DNA from: Podarcis pityusensis
Lineage: Eukaryota
Length of the DNA stretch: 64,000 bases
Strand: one strand, 5' to 3'
Assembly (NCBI GenBank): GCA_964106645.2
Contig: OZ067050.1
The notes below the pieces were generated by a model that was not told the origin of the DNA, did not search any database, and saw only the letters and a program-made list of their open reading frames with translations. The translations under genes and the position numbers were made by a program. Below are positions 1 through 13,386 of the stretch, in pieces. How positions within the stretch are numbered: the first letter of the stretch is position 1; every line of letters begins with the position of its first letter.

Positions 1-1237
1 TTTGCTGATAAAAACTAAGAATTTCACGATGGGGAATTATAAGAACTGTGCTGGAGGATGAACTGAGGGAGAAGAAACGTAACCCCCCCCCCCTGGGAAC
101 CGGGGTGATTGAAGAGAGAGCCTGGTGAAAAGAGTCGGAGATTTTGACAGCTGTCAAAGTAGCTGTCAAAGTCGGAAAGCAGAGAGGATTTTATTATGAG
201 AACTTTGCTGGCTAAATTTGTTACAATTTGCTACAATTTGTTAAAACTTGGATACAAAATGGCGAAAATATGGATAACAATCGGACTTTTGGACTAGAGA
301 AGACAAAGTTATAACAATCCCCCTAGAGGAGTTTCGGGACATTACAAAGATGGTCGTAAGTGAAAAAAACACCATTGGAATTTTACAGGACTGGTTATCT
401 TCTGGGAAAGCTGCGAAACGGAAACAATATTTTGTCTACAGGGTGTTCAGCTAAAGGAGACAATAGAATTTTCTATTGAAGAAAGGAAGGGACTGAACGC
501 AAGTTTTTGTTCCTGAATAATAATAATCCCTGCAGACTTACTAAGCTTCTGAATTAGAACGTTTCAGCAGCGGAACAAGAGAAAACTGGACTACAATTTG
601 GAAAGAACAATGGGGGGAGTTTTATTACAGATCTGAAGTTAAGTGTTCTAAAAATGTTTATGAAAGGGGAAAAAAAAAAAAAAAAAGAAAAGAAAAAACC
701 AGCAAGGAGTTGGGGGAAATAGGTGATTTATGGATTGTAAGAATCCCAGGCGGATAACATGGTTTGGTGGTCAGGGGGAAATTAAACCGGGGACAGGGGG
801 GGAGAACTATAATCCAAAGGCTTGTTAACTTCTTTTTTTTTGAATTAGCTTTGTCTTATCTATTATACTCTTTATTTCTTATTTCTGATACTTTTATTAT
901 GTGGGGAGTTTTTATTATTAAAAAAAGGGAAATTGTGGAATGAAAATGGGGTGGGCCTTGGGAAAGAAATTTTTTGTGTTTTATTAAGGGTATTGATGTG
1001 GAGTGCAGAAATTTTAAATTCGAATAATGGTTTAACAAATTAAGTTTTTAATTAGAATTGAGAGCTTGTGGAGCCAACAATATGAAAAGGGAATATGGTA
1101 GGGGTGGGGGAAGGGGGGAGTCCCAGAAAGCGGATATATGAAAATAAGGATATATGAAAATATGTAAATTCTTGCTTTCTGTATTTTCTTTTTTTTTTGA
1201 AAATTTTAATAAATATTATTTAAAAAAAAAAAAAAAA
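1..1237 (+). mobile_element. 3' part of a polyadenylated L1-related retroelement in the TRIP13 intron
   Basis: AATAAA 1208-1213, poly(A) 1222-1237; WKEQWGEFITDL-like stretch near 600 resembles an L1 ORF2 C-terminus. Confidence 0.5.
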
Positions 1238-1908
1238 TAATAATCCATTATACAACAACTGCAATATTCATAATTTCTATTTGTGTTGACACATTAAATG
1301 ATTTATAAAACTACAAGTTAGGAACTCAAACTATATCCTTGTTCTTCCTGTGTGGCAATTATTCTGTCTGTGGTGTTTCTTCGTGTCCTTGTAAGATGTT
1401 ATATCTTTCCTTCCCCCGATTGTTGCTGTTATCCGTCATGCCTTAGGCAGTGCTGATATCCTATTGTTGTTCCAGAAATGTCTCCGTCGCTCCATCCCAT
1501 GCTTCGTTGTTTTGCAACTTTAACAGCTGCAAAAGTCACTCTATCCCAGTAGATAATGTTTTCACCATTTTTCCTCTCAGCCTGGGAAGAAGAGCGATCT
1601 GTCGAACTGTAGATGACTCAGTAAAGAACCTTATCCGTTCCTTTGCAGTTCACAAACTCCTTTCATCCTTCCTTCCAACTGAAGATATATGAGCAATTAT
1701 ACTTCCAATTAAATTAAATTCCAAGTCCTTTTAGCATTACTCAGTTGACTCCATAAATAATAAAAGATGGGGAAGAGTCAGCTCTAAGTTTCCATCGTAA
1801 ACCTTTTGCAAAATACAGCTCCCTCCATTTTTCCTTTTCTTACACATACAGTTCCATTTGATGCTATATTACATATTTATAATCCAATTTCTTCCATCCT
1901 TGCTTATA

Positions 1909-2274
1909 CAGTGGTGCCCCGCAAGACGAATGCCTTGCAAGACGGAAAACCCGCTAGACGAAAGGGTTTTCCGTTTTTGAGTTGCTTCGCAGGACGAATT
2001 TCCCTATGGGCTTGCTTCGCAAGACGAAAATGTCTTGCGAGTCTTGAGATTTTTTTTTCGCTTTTCCCCCCCTTTATCTAATCCGCTAAGCCTTTAATAG
2101 CCTTTAATAGCCTTTTAGCAGCTAATCCGCTAAGCCTTTAAGCCTTTAATAGCCGCTAAACCGCTAATAGCGCTAATCCGTTAAGCCGCTAATAGGGTTG
2201 CTTCGCAAGACGAAAAAACCGCTAGACGAAGACTCTCGCGGAACGGATTAATTTCGTCTTGCGAGGCACCACTG
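1909..2274. mobile_element. Tc1/mariner (pogo/Tigger-like) MITE
   Basis: TIRs CAGTGGTGCC(C/T)CGC, TA on both flanks, internal CCGCTAA/TTTAATAG repeats. Confidence 0.85.
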
Positions 2275-4329
2275 TACAAATATAATCTGAACTAACATTC
2301 AGAGGAGCGTTGCCAAATTATAAATGTAGAGAATAAAACTTTAAATAAAGAAACCGTAGGCTCCACTCCCACACCTTTTGCACCAAATGAGGTCTTATCT
2401 CAAGTTCAAACCTTAAAGTCCTTGCAGTTGGTTTGTTCTGCGGTTTGTGATCTCATCTCTTATAGCATGCCCCTGTACTTTAGTTCAATTAAGCTCTAAT
2501 TAATAGGAGAACCTCTGCTTCTTAATGGTGTCAGAGGGTTTTCAGCAGGCAAAGTGCTTTTGCATTGGGCACCTCCCTGCTCCCTGCATCCAATGCCGGA
2601 GCGAGAGCCAGGTACCGAGATGAACTGCGAGTGAAGCCTATTCCCTGGAGGGAATTTGCAAGGATAATTACCCTCAATAATCCTTCTTTTTTCTTTGCCA
2701 ACAATCTCCCACTGTCATGGAGGCTGCCTCCATTAAGGCAGAGTGGAACCGGAAGCCAGGTTCAGAAGCAGTTTAGATTGGCTTGGTTTGGACTGCAAGG
2801 AGTGACCACAAGGAGTTTTGCAGTTTTCAGTGCCATTTTTGGTTAACTGCAGCTTGTCATTTTGTCCAAACCAGGACAGAAATTTCCCTACCACCATAGA
2901 AAATGAGCTTATCACACCTGCATGTGACAGATAATCCACCCATTTAAAAAACAAAAATGTGATTGGAAAATACAGCTTTAAGGGCTGCTCCTGGAAAAAC
3001 TGCTTCTGTTGCTGGACCAGTTTTGTTATTTAGTTGCATTTCCTCTCCTTGTTTCTTTTTCTTCTGATTCTATGGATCTTAAATTTCTCCAAGCTGCTTG
3101 TAGTGGGGCTATTTATGTACAGATTGCTCTGGGATTTTGCATGGCTTCTGTACACAAAGGTTTATGCAAATGAGAAATATAAGTAGTTTTGCATAATTCC
3201 TAAACATTCTCGCTGTTTGTTGAGGATTTATGCTTCCTTTAGGGTCCCCATTAGTTTTAATTACCTGTAGATTGCATTTAATATGTTTCCAAAAGGATCC
3301 TCACCTGTCCTGTTCTGTCCCCTCTCCATCTTCTGTAATAGTCAGTGTTCCTGTACTACTTGGAAATAGTCCCTTGGTCTCCATATGTTTGATCTATCAT
3401 CTTGAGGACTGGAGTAGCTAACAGTGCAATGCTCTCTCTATATATGCAGGTATAGGATCACAGTTTAAAGTTGCACTATTGATGGGAAGTGTGAAAAGCA
3501 GGATGTCCAGGTGGCACTGGGGATGCTGAGCAAATTAATAAGTTACGCCTTTGTTTTAAATTTTGTGCTATCCATAAGTTGACTAGCAGAAAAATTTGCA
3601 GGCTAGCTACTTTTTACTGGCTTGAAAACAAGACTTGAGTATGGAATCTCTATCTTCTTACTACCCCGTCTGCTGTTTAGACTCCTAAATAGCTGGGCAT
3701 GGATCCCACTGCATTAACACAGCAACTGAACAATATTTTTGTTATGCGCAAGTTAATTGATTAGGTATATTGGTTCAAAGTGTCCAACTTGTTTGCTGGT
3801 GTGCGGGAAAATGTCTATCAAGATCCTTACACAGTTAATCATGCATGGTAAATGAGAAATTGCCTGTGACTCTTCCAAGGAATGAAGTCTTCTGAACACG
3901 ATTGTTTTCTGAATGGGATGCAATACTACATTAATATTTCAACACACTGTTTTAGGACTGTCTTCCAGAATAGACACAAGACATTAACAGCAAACAAAAA
4001 ACAAAACAAATAATGGGAATGAATGTTTGTGCAAGCATTATGTAAATATATTGGAAATTCCAGAGGTAGCAGGATATCAGACAAATTTCACAGCTATAGG
4101 TGTTAATTTTTATTGCCTACTGATCTTGAAAGTCTTGTGCTATTTGCCTACAAATACAATACTGGGTTCTGATGTACCAACGTGGTGGTTTCTGTTCACA
4201 CTTCTTTTTTGCTATCATTGAGAAAAAGAGAGTGCTTCATTTTTAAAAAAACAACTAAATAATTCAGTTATAATGTGGAATTTTATTTCTCTCCCCCCCC
4301 CACCCTTTTCTCTCTCTCTGCTCAATTAG

Positions 4330-4420
4330 CTATTAGATTATGTGACTACAACATTACTGTTCTCTGACAGAAATGTCAACAGCAACTTGATATCGTGGAA
4401 TAGAGTTGTTCTGCTGCATG
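4330..4420 (+). CDS. TRIP13: TRIP13 coding exon (equivalent to human exon 5): LLDYVTTTLLFSDRNVNSNLISWNRVVLLH(G)
   Basis: Polypyrimidine tract and AG at 4328-4329, GT at 4421; peptide matches the TRIP13 segment just before Walker A. Confidence 0.96.
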
Positions 4421-4820
4421 GTAAAGTTTAAATTTTGCCGTTTTATACAGGACTGAAGTACTTATAGCCTTTATATAGCACCCTTAAAGTGTTGAAAGTA
4501 CTTCACGTGTCTTGGACTCATTCATATGTGACACATAGCCATGGTTTACTTTAGCCATGGTTTGTGGTTGTTGAACCAAACCACAAGTTAGTGTATATTT
4601 TAATGTACGAAAGGAGTCTTAAAATACTAGACAGAAGTAAATTGCTTCAGTTTCATCAAACATGTGAAGCATGCAAAGGCCAAAACCTCACTTTAGTTGG
4701 AGATGATGATTAAACTTGTTAGCCCCTGCTTTGGGGGGGGGGGGGGCAAAAAGTAACTCAAAGCAACTTACAAAATTAGGTATGTGTTCAATACTTAAGT
4801 TTTCTGTACTTTAATTGCAG

Positions 4821-4893
4821 GTCCTCCAGGAACTGGTAAAACTTCGCTATGTAAAGCACTGGCCCAGAAGCTGACTATTAGACTTTCTCATAG
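4821..4893 (+). CDS. TRIP13: TRIP13 exon 6 equivalent: (G)[23 protein letters not shown](R), Walker A
   Basis: AG 4819-4820, GT 4894; GPPGTGKT forms across the splice junction; phase consistent. Confidence 0.97.
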
Positions 4894-5672
4894 GTAATTC
4901 AGATAACTGTTTGGTATCTTAAAAGTTAAAATAGTACCTAGTCTAAGAGCTCTGCTTTTCAAAAGTAGACTATTCCTGTGCTATGCAGCTCCTTTTCATT
5001 TTCCTGTGACTTGCAGGAGAGAATTTTCCAGCGGATTGTTCCTCGGACATCTTCCCTCTGTTTTGTGCCTCCTCACCGGCAAGATGAACTCTTGGGTGGA
5101 AGAAATTAAAAGCAATGCTATGCATTTGTTTTAGAAAGTGAGAAAATATTATGTCCCAAAGTAATTGAAATAACTTAGCTATTGAAATTCTAAATTATTT
5201 AACAAATAATGATAGGTTGAGCACTTTTTATAATGACAAGTTGGGCACGTTTTCAGTGGGGATCTAAGAACATACCTAGGTGCTTGCAGCTTTAATGGGA
5301 AAGTTAACAGGCTGGACCATGCTGTGTGAACTTAGATTTCACCAGGGTCCTTGGGGAAATGCCCTTACGGATAAGGTGGAAACATAGGAAGTTGTCCTGT
5401 GCCGTCAGAGCATTTGTTCGCCTCACTCAGCATTGTTGACAGTGACTCCCCAGCGTTGCAGACTCCCCGCTCTGCCTGCAGATGCCACTGAGGACTCACC
5501 CAGGGACCATTTGCAAGTGGAGCGTCAGGCTGCAGCCCTTGCCCTCGACTTAATTTCACTTTCTTCAGGGTTATCACTGCACTCCTGGACTTTTCCCTTT
5601 GAGCTATATGAGCACCAGCAGCAATAATGATTCTCCTGCTTTTACTGAGGTGATTTTTCACTTAAATTTTAG

Positions 5673-5736
5673 ATATCGCTATGGACAGCTGATAGAGATA
5701 AACAGCCATAGCCTCTTCTCCAAGTGGTTTTCTGAG
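5673..5736 (+). CDS. TRIP13: TRIP13 exon 7 equivalent: YRYGQLIEINSHSLFSKWFSE (pore loop)
   Basis: AG 5671-5672, GTAAGT donor at 5737; SKWFSE motif. Confidence 0.97.
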
Positions 5737-7566
5737 GTAAGTATTTATGCAACATTCTTAGCGGTTTTGTGATTCGGAGAATGTTTCCTGCCTATGCAGT
5801 GGTTTAAAGATACTGTCAAATTTGTCCAGTAGTTAGGGTTCTTATGCTGTGTTTTAGCACACGGTTCTTTTTACTTTTTGGTGTAAAAGTAAATACTGTA
5901 TCCATGAACCTGATGCAGAGAAAATAATGTTCTCCAGTACAGCCCTTTAGACAAAATGAAGTGGATTGTGGAGAACTACCTCATGCGACAATACACAGTA
6001 AGAAAAATTGCAGAGCCTTAATAAGTGGAGTTAATGGCTAACCCTCCTTTTAGCACGGGAACCCCGTCCTTTCTCCAGCCTTCTGCTTCTTGCACCACCA
6101 GGATATCTCTGTAACATGTACTTGGTCTATTGCAGCAATTGACAACCTTTTAGGCCACATTTGGATTTCTGAGAAGGTGCCATGGATACTATTCCCTCTA
6201 GTCGCTTCTCTTCCCCTTCCCTCGCTTGGATCAGGCCTCTCTGAGAGACAGAAAACATGCACACACAACACTTTTTTTAAAAAAAGCCCCACATTTCTAA
6301 ATATATTGACAAAGTTGTGTCAAAGTATATAAAGCAAAATTATTAGTTATAACAGATATGCAATGATTGTGCATTGCTTAGATTGGTGACCATGAGTAAA
6401 ATGTATTTTGTACCAGTAACAATAAGTATTTATAGGAATTTTTAGGAAGGGGGTGAGGAAGAGAAGAAGGAAGAAAATAAAATGTGTACTTCATGCACGC
6501 CAACTGTGCTGTAAGCTTTGGGTTCTGTTCTACCATATACCTCATTATTTGTGTAATCAATAAAGTCACATTGGGCAACATAAAAATTCTAATGTTTCTT
6601 TTGACCTCTTGCTTCTTTAATTTTTGCGACAATTTTTCCAGTAACGCTGTTTGGCAAATTGCTGCTCCACGAGTAACAATTGTAATGATTTCCATGTCCT
6701 GGCAATAATTGTTCTTGCAGTGGTTAAAGATGTATTATGAGTCCGTTGTTCTAATTTGCAACATTTTGTGACTTTGCAAGTTCAGTAGTGCTAGTCAGGG
6801 GGTCTGTGCATTGTAATCAAAGGTATTTCCGTAAATACAAGGGATCTGTGTAAAGCCTGGATCCAGTAGAACTACTCTGATTCCTGAAAAGCACATAGAG
6901 CTGAAAAAGGAAGTGGGAAAGAGTGTCCGTCTTCCAGCTTCCTTTGGTGCTATGTTCTTTTCAAGGGAGAAAAAGTTAATGGCCTTCACCACCTTATATC
7001 TGGTGAGGGAGAGGTTTTATGGCTGATCCCTGATTTAGCATATTGTCTAAGACTGCAATTCTGTACTTGCTTACCTGGGAATAAGTCCAACTGAACACAG
7101 TGGATTGTGGTGCTAGAAGACGAACAAAGCAGGACACCTAGCTTGCCTTCTAAAACCACAGAGAAGTAACTACAATGGGAACAAATCAGCAACTCTGCTT
7201 GATTCTTCCTGTTAGCAAAAAATGTTTGTTCATTCTAAGCCAGGTGGGGAGCACTGTGTGTGAAGTCTCACCTGCAAAATCCATGAGTATCCTCTGCCAC
7301 CTAGGCTTCTTGGAGGCCCCATCCGCTGCATGGCCCTGCGCCCTGCTAGAATGTTAACACCCCTTTTCAGGTTCTCCATCATCCCCACCAAGGGAGGTTG
7401 AGCCCACAGGTCAAGAACAGTTGTGTTTCTGCTGCCGCTATAGCTGTTGTGGCAGCAGCAAGTGCCCATGTTTGGTCACCAGAGGGGATTGGGAAAGTGC
7501 CAAATGGCAAGACTGGGAGAGCAGAAAGGAATGCATTATTTTATACACATCCATTTTTTTCCTCAG

Positions 7567-7653
7567 AGTGGCAAACTGGTTACCAAAATGTTCCAGAAGA
7601 TTCAAGAATTGATTGATGACAAAGATGCCCTTGTATTTGTACTGATCGATGAG
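7567..7653 (+). CDS. TRIP13: TRIP13 exon 8 equivalent: [29 protein letters not shown] (Walker B)
   Basis: AG 7565-7566, GT 7654; lies within ORF 7447..7683. Confidence 0.97.
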
Positions 7654-8018
7654 GTATGGCCACAGCATCATTTTAAATGTTAAAACATTGGCTGCGTTAC
7701 ATTTCTGGGTCATGGTGGGAGATAAAATGACAGAAGGGGCGATTTTGATTGGCAAGAAGATTATCATATTATTTTAGCATAACTTATTTTCAGTCCCTTT
7801 TTACATTTATGATAATGGTGTTTGAGAGTTGCTGTAGATGGCAACTTAGTTGACAGGACAAGGAAAGTCCTAAATGTGACTGGTTGAGTTGTTTCGCATA
7901 GATGCCTCCTGAATGTAGGACGGAGTAGCTGTACACACATTAAATACATGTGCTACTGTGATTACTGTTTCTAAAAATATGAGAGAGAGCTACTTTTGTT
8001 TGTTCATTTTTGTTTAAG

Positions 8019-8125
8019 GTGGAAAGTCTCACAGCAGCACGTAGTGCTTTTCGGGCAGGGACAGAACCTTCTGATGCCATCCGGGTTGTAAATGCAGTCT
8101 TGACACAAATCGATCAGATCAAAAG
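8019..8125 (+). CDS. TRIP13: TRIP13 exon 9 equivalent: VESLTAARSAFRAGTEPSDAIRVVNAVLTQIDQIK(R)
   Basis: AG 8017-8018, GT 8126; EPSDAIRVVNA is characteristic of Pch2/TRIP13. Confidence 0.97.
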
Positions 8126-8651
8126 GTAACAAGCTACATTTATAACTTTTTCTGGAAGGGTATAAATTGCCCAGGAACAATTGGAAGGCACAAAAGCAAA
8201 GGAGCTACTTTACAAGATCTGATTAGTAGGTCCTAATAAGGCAATGTTTATATCCTCCCATCTGGCATAAAATATGATCAGATGATATTTGCCATTCTTA
8301 CAGGATAATTGCTCCATCCAGGTTTCATTGGAAAGCATCCAGATTCATTTGTCCAGTTCTGAGTGGGTCCCTTTAGTTGTTGAGGCAGTAGGTATCCCTA
8401 CAACACTGATGTGCAGTCCCAGTGTCCTTTGGAGTCCTCTAAACCTCAGCTTTCACCTTTTAGATTCAAAGTACGTTCTTACCTATTGTAGTCGCAGAGT
8501 GGCATGGCAAAAAATTCAGATTAAATCCTTCAGGTGCAGTCACCAGCCATGTACCCAAGAGGCTATCAATGCAAAAGTAACTGACAGTGGAAACTTTCAA
8601 GTGTTGAACCTATGAAATGAGTGTTACAACATCTGTGTGTGTTTCTTAAAG

Positions 8652-8805
8652 GTATCCTAATGTAGTTATCTTGACGACCTCAAATATCACGGAGAAAATT
8701 GATATGGCCTTTGTGGACAGAGCCGATATCAAGCAATACATTGGCCCACCTTCTGCCGAAGCAGTGTTCAAAATATATCTTTCTTGCTTGGAGGAACTAA
8801 TGAAG
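8652..8805 (+). CDS. TRIP13: TRIP13 exon 10 equivalent: [51 protein letters not shown]
   Basis: AG 8650-8651, GT 8806; sensor-1 (TTSN) and Arg-finger (DRAD) region. Confidence 0.97.
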
Positions 8806-10127
8806 GTAAACTCTCAGAAGCTCTTATCATCCACATGGTATCAAATCCTTAGAGGCACGACTAGCATCCTAGAATTCCAACAAAACATTAGAATGTGGGC
8901 CCTCACAGTAAAACGCTGTGTATGTGTGAGACTGTTAGGATATAGTTCCATTCCACCTTTAGAACAGATGTGTGGATTGTTGTATGTCACATGTCTGTTT
9001 ACTTCCAGCACAGTCTGCTGGGGACTTCCGTTGTATATTGCTTTTGCTATGCTGCTGTTTGCTGGGACACGAAGGGAAGCAGACATGTTTTTCCTTTGTT
9101 CCTGATGCTGAATAAATGCCTGTAAATATGCTGACATAAGCCTCTGTCCGCCACTTCCGTTGTGAAAAGTTACTCACTCTGCTGATTAGAGCGTGCTCAG
9201 TCTCTGAAGGCTTCTGAGGCTCGAGTTGCTGATAGATGCTGTTCCGAGAACCGGAGTTCACCCTGCTGCTGGCCGGTGGCTGGAGCCAGCTGGGGGCCTG
9301 CCAAATGCCCCCGTCTCCCTGGATGCATCCCAACGGAGATGCCCTCTTTGCTCAAGCAGGAGGCAGCCCCAAGTCAGTGCAGAGGGGGGTGTTGGTGAGG
9401 CCTCCCTCCTCTAGCAAGTGACAGTGTGGTCAGGCTGGCTCTGCTTCCCCCTGGCTGTGAGAGAAGGTGGGGTTTGCTGAGCTGTCCGATTGGGTGCCCA
9501 GGCTTTCTCCACCTCCCATCTAGCTATAAAGGGAGGGCTATCTTGTGATCACCTGCCACCCTTCTGAGGGAAGGAGGAGAAAAGGACTGGGCAGCTGCTG
9601 AAGCTCAGCAGAGCCATGAGGAAAATCCTAGGGGCACCTCAACTCTCTCCCTTTTCCTCAGTCCTGGAATAGGGAAGTCATTGTTCCCTTTGAATGAGCA
9701 ACCTGACCCTTAAAGGAAATGGAACACATTCCTTCTCTTCTCTCCACCCCACATGAGCCCAGAGCATCTGTTTCACAGCAGAGGGAGGGAGGCCTGAGCA
9801 GTTCGTTTCTGCCACTTTTCAGGGTTTAAAAAACCTTTTGGCTTTTTCAAAAAAAAAAAAATCTGCTTCTCCATACCTTGGTGTTTGCATACCTTGGGTA
9901 TGTTTGTCCCTATTGTTGCTTTTCTGCTTACAGATGTTTGATTATCGTTGTTCCATCATTTACCTCTGAATGCTCATTATGTTACTTACCTGCGTTAGAT
10001 AATGGTGAGCTACTAGTAGACAGCATGTGGGGAGTTTTTAAAATAAAAAATATAATTTGTTTTTGGGTTGTAACCAGGGCCCCCAGGGTGGTATACAAAA
10101 CATTCAAACAAACCAGACTGAGAAAAG

Positions 10128-10130
<3 letters not shown>

Positions 10131-10163
<33 letters not shown>
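10131..10163. repeat. (TG)n microsatellite in a TRIP13 intron
   Basis: Direct observation. Confidence 0.95.
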
Positions 10164-10165
<2 letters not shown>

Positions 10166-10410
10166 AAGCAAAACTCTGAGGAGTGAAATAACCTCCACAA
10201 TCTGCAAATCATTAAGAGCTGTGTGGAATAGACATTGTTTTTACTTCCCACCTGAAGGTGAACCCAGGTGAGGCCAGTCTCACCTCTCTTGGGAGGGAGT
10301 TCCAGCTGGAATGATCCTGTGTGTTCCCCCCAACCTTTGTTATGTTTTGAGTAGTAATGCGCTTGTGAGATTTATACATTTCTTACAGATAAGATCTTTT
10401 TCCTCCCAAG

Positions 10411-10523
10411 TGCCAGATAATATATCCTCGACAGCAGCTGCTGACACTCCGTGAGCTGGAGGTGATCGGTTATTTAGACAGTGATGTGTCGAAACTGAGT
10501 CTCATATTGAGAGAAATTTCAAG
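10411..10523 (+). CDS. TRIP13: TRIP13 exon 11 equivalent: CQIIYPRQQLLTLRELEVIGYLDSDVSKLSLILREIS(R)
   Basis: AG 10409-10410, GT 10524; phase consistent. Confidence 0.96.
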
Positions 10524-10945
10524 GTAGGATTCTTGGTTTCATTTAATCTGTCTTTTAATTTTACCCTCACAAGTAAAGTGAAGGTTGTGGTTCTTCACTT
10601 ACTCTCCCATGAAATCAAATGCTTGTGCTTTCAGAATACAGGCCAAAGTGAGAAATTATCCTCTGCTGTTTCTTGATGGATCTATGCAGGTTTAGTACTT
10701 TGGGGGGGGGGGGTAAAATAAGCAAATAATGCTGCTTCTAATAGGGTAATAAAATTCCCTGATTTTTAATGAGCTTTTTGCTAGAGAAAAACAATTATAA
10801 CTTAGTGCAGCACTGAAAATGCAAGTATGAATTGTGTCCAGGTGACCCAGAAGGGGGAAGCCTTTCCAAAGGGAAATTAACTGGTCATCTTCTTCCACCT
10901 GTGGTCAACATAGGTATGTGGGCCACTGCATTTTATGGTCTAGGA

Positions 10946-11081
10946 CAGGCTTCCTCAACCTTGGCCTACCGGATGTTTTGGGACTACAACTCCCATGATC
11001 CCTAGCTAGCAGGACCAGTGGTCAGGGATGATGGGAATTGTAGTCTCAAAACATCTGGAGGGCTGAGGTTGAGGAAGCCTG
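10946..11081. mobile_element. Palindromic hAT-type MITE in a TRIP13 intron
   Basis: TIR CAGGCTTCCTCAACC; perfect 8-bp TSD GTCTAGGA. Confidence 0.88.
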
Positions 11082-11708
11082 GTCTAGGAGCTTCTGTGAT
11101 CTAAGGCTAGTTCTGTCCTTTTTCTTGATATTTCATCACACTCTTTCTCAGGGAATGTAGAATTGTTTTGTGGTCTTTGAATAACTTTCTGAAATAATTA
11201 ATAAATGTTCAGTAGTGAACAAGAGTTGCTGCACTTTATCTGCAAAATGCCTTTCCTTGGCACAAAGTAAATTGCAAGAATAACAAAAGGAAGACTTTTT
11301 TTCTTTTTAAAAAGTAAACCAGCTTTTCATGTCAAATACATCAAGGCATATACCTACAAAAAAAGCAATGGAAGAAGTCATCCTGGCTCTGGGCAAGGCT
11401 TAGAACTCCTCCCCACTCCCAACACCCCAATATCAGCATAGAGGGAACTTTCTGTAGGAAAACTGAGTTCCCAGCTGCAGTCTGAACAAGTACAGTCTTA
11501 TCTCCTCACCCGCTCTTTGTGAGAACTAGGTCTAAGGGAGACTCAGTTCTGAACACCACAGCTGCTGACTACCAACAAGAAGAGATGTTGTAGAAATTAC
11601 CAGTCTCGTATCCTAATTTTGCTATTCGTAGCACACTTAGCACTTCCTTATGTGCTTGTATTTGTGAACGTGAGCCTGATGCCTCTCCTTCTTCTGTATT
11701 TAATACAG

Positions 11709-11778
11709 GAAAAGTGAAGGACTTAGCGGCCGTGTTTTAAGGAAACTTCCTTTTCTGGCACATGCACTTTACATTCAG
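11709..11778 (+). CDS. TRIP13: TRIP13 exon 12 equivalent: KSEGLSGRVLRKLPFLAHALYIQ
   Basis: AG 11707-11708, GTAAG at 11779; GLSGR sensor-2 motif. Confidence 0.97.
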
Positions 11779-12083
11779 GTAAGGCCCTGCTCCTTGTTCT
11801 TGTTACTGCAGGGACGGGCCGTGTTCGCTTGCTGGCTTCCTCTGACCCAGGGATTTGGTGCCAACAGCACCTACTCTTTGTTGACCCATTTCAGGCTTCT
11901 GTATATGGCTTTTGGAATTTGCTCTAATGTATTTATTGCCCATTGGCTTTCCCCCAGTTTTGATGGAATTTAGCAATTCACCTTCTGCTTGTAAAATGCT
12001 GGTGCCATGGGGCCAGTCCCTCCCTCTCTTATGTGATGGATACACTTACCTTGACACTGGTTTTACTTTTATTTTTATTCTAG

Positions 12084-12179
12084 TCACCTAATGTCACAAC
12101 GACAGCTTTCCTTCAAGCCTTGTCACTTGTGGTGGACAAGCAATTTGAAGAAAGAGCAAAACTTGCAGATTGCGTTTGA
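12084..12179 (+). CDS. TRIP13: TRIP13 last coding exon: SPNVTTTAFLQALSLVVDKQFEERAKLADCV*
   Basis: AG 12082-12083, TGA 12177-12179; the nine exons sum to 855 nt (284 aa plus stop). Confidence 0.95.
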   Translation, partial: SPNVTTTAFLQALSLVVDKQFEERAKLADCV

Positions 12180-12545
12180 CAATTCTCCTTCCTCCTCCAG
12201 TGCTTGACTGAGTAGAACACTTCCATTAGTTACTCTGTTGTATTGTCTTTCTGCATGATTGTTAGGACTTATTAAGGAACCTGTAAAAACCTGAATAAGA
12301 AGAAGTAGGGAAATGTATAGTTTTTTCAATGATATGTTTCCAAGTGCAGTTTAGGCATAGAAACTTTATATACATTGAAGAGCTTTATTTCATTTGAGCT
12401 GTAAACCTGATTAATTCCTAAAAAGAACTATCTTTGTCACTGTTCATGTACATTTTTTAAAGCTGTATCGGAAATTCTGCACTTTGTGTACCTGTAATTT
12501 GTATCATTTTCTGGTATTTTTCTGAACTAGAATATTGTCAACAAA

Positions 12546-12551
12546 ATTAAA
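12546..12551 (+). terminator. Candidate TRIP13 polyadenylation signal (ATTAAA)
   Basis: ATTAAA ~370 nt after the stop, preceded by several TGTA motifs (12447-12505); a second ATTAAA at 12660. Confidence 0.5.
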
Positions 12552-13386
12552 AAAACAAAATACTGCCGAAACAGATGTGCTGATTATGGGTGGGATCCAG
12601 CTTAGTCTTTCAGTCCATTCTTTTGACCCACAAGATGAAATTCAGTGCAAGTAAAGTACATTAAAAGCACAGAGACTAATAGGACAGATCATAAGACTAG
12701 GCATGTTTCTGACTTTTGTCTAATACAAATTGATCTCTGATCCTGACCACCTCAGACAGAAACTTGGCAACGGCCAAAGTCACACTGGGAATCTTATCGT
12801 CTAGTAGCAACTTGGCACAGAATTGGGCAGATTTACTTGGTAGATTTGCCATTAGTGAATTAATCAGATGTTGCTGGGCCTGTTTCTGTAGTCTACAGGA
12901 CAGGAGAATGTTCTTCATGCATTCTGCTTCCTGATTAGCACATGCGAAATACGGGACACCAGCAAATCTACCTCACAACATTTCAGCGGGAAACACATTA
13001 AGTCTTAGTAAAAGTCTATGATAATTGGCAACGGATCCAGCTTAGTATGAGTGGGAATCTGCCTGCACAACAGGGCTTCTCCTCCCAGCTGCAGCCCCCC
13101 CCCCAAAAAAAACCAAGAACCCTGGAGCAGATTCTGGGCCTGTGTGGTGGGGCTGGAGGCGGGGGGAGAAGAGAAACTGGGGGTGACGTGCGAATGGGCA
13201 AGCGTCATTGGATGTCACCACCCCTAAGGCTTCCATAAAAAGGGTAAAGGGACCCCTGACCATTAGGCCACTAAGTGAATGAGCATGGCCACTAAGTGAA
13301 TGAGCATGAAACACTTTCTGAACATTCTTAGAATACAAGTGTCCCTATAGTTTCTGATTTGATCCCAGAATGTCCCGTTTTTCCTT

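Noticed and set aside
1-4329. Upstream TRIP13 exons
   Set aside because: No N-terminal TRIP13 peptide was found; the region appears intronic
8671-9105. 144-aa ORF
   Set aside because: A TRIP13 exon read through its donor at 8806 into the intron
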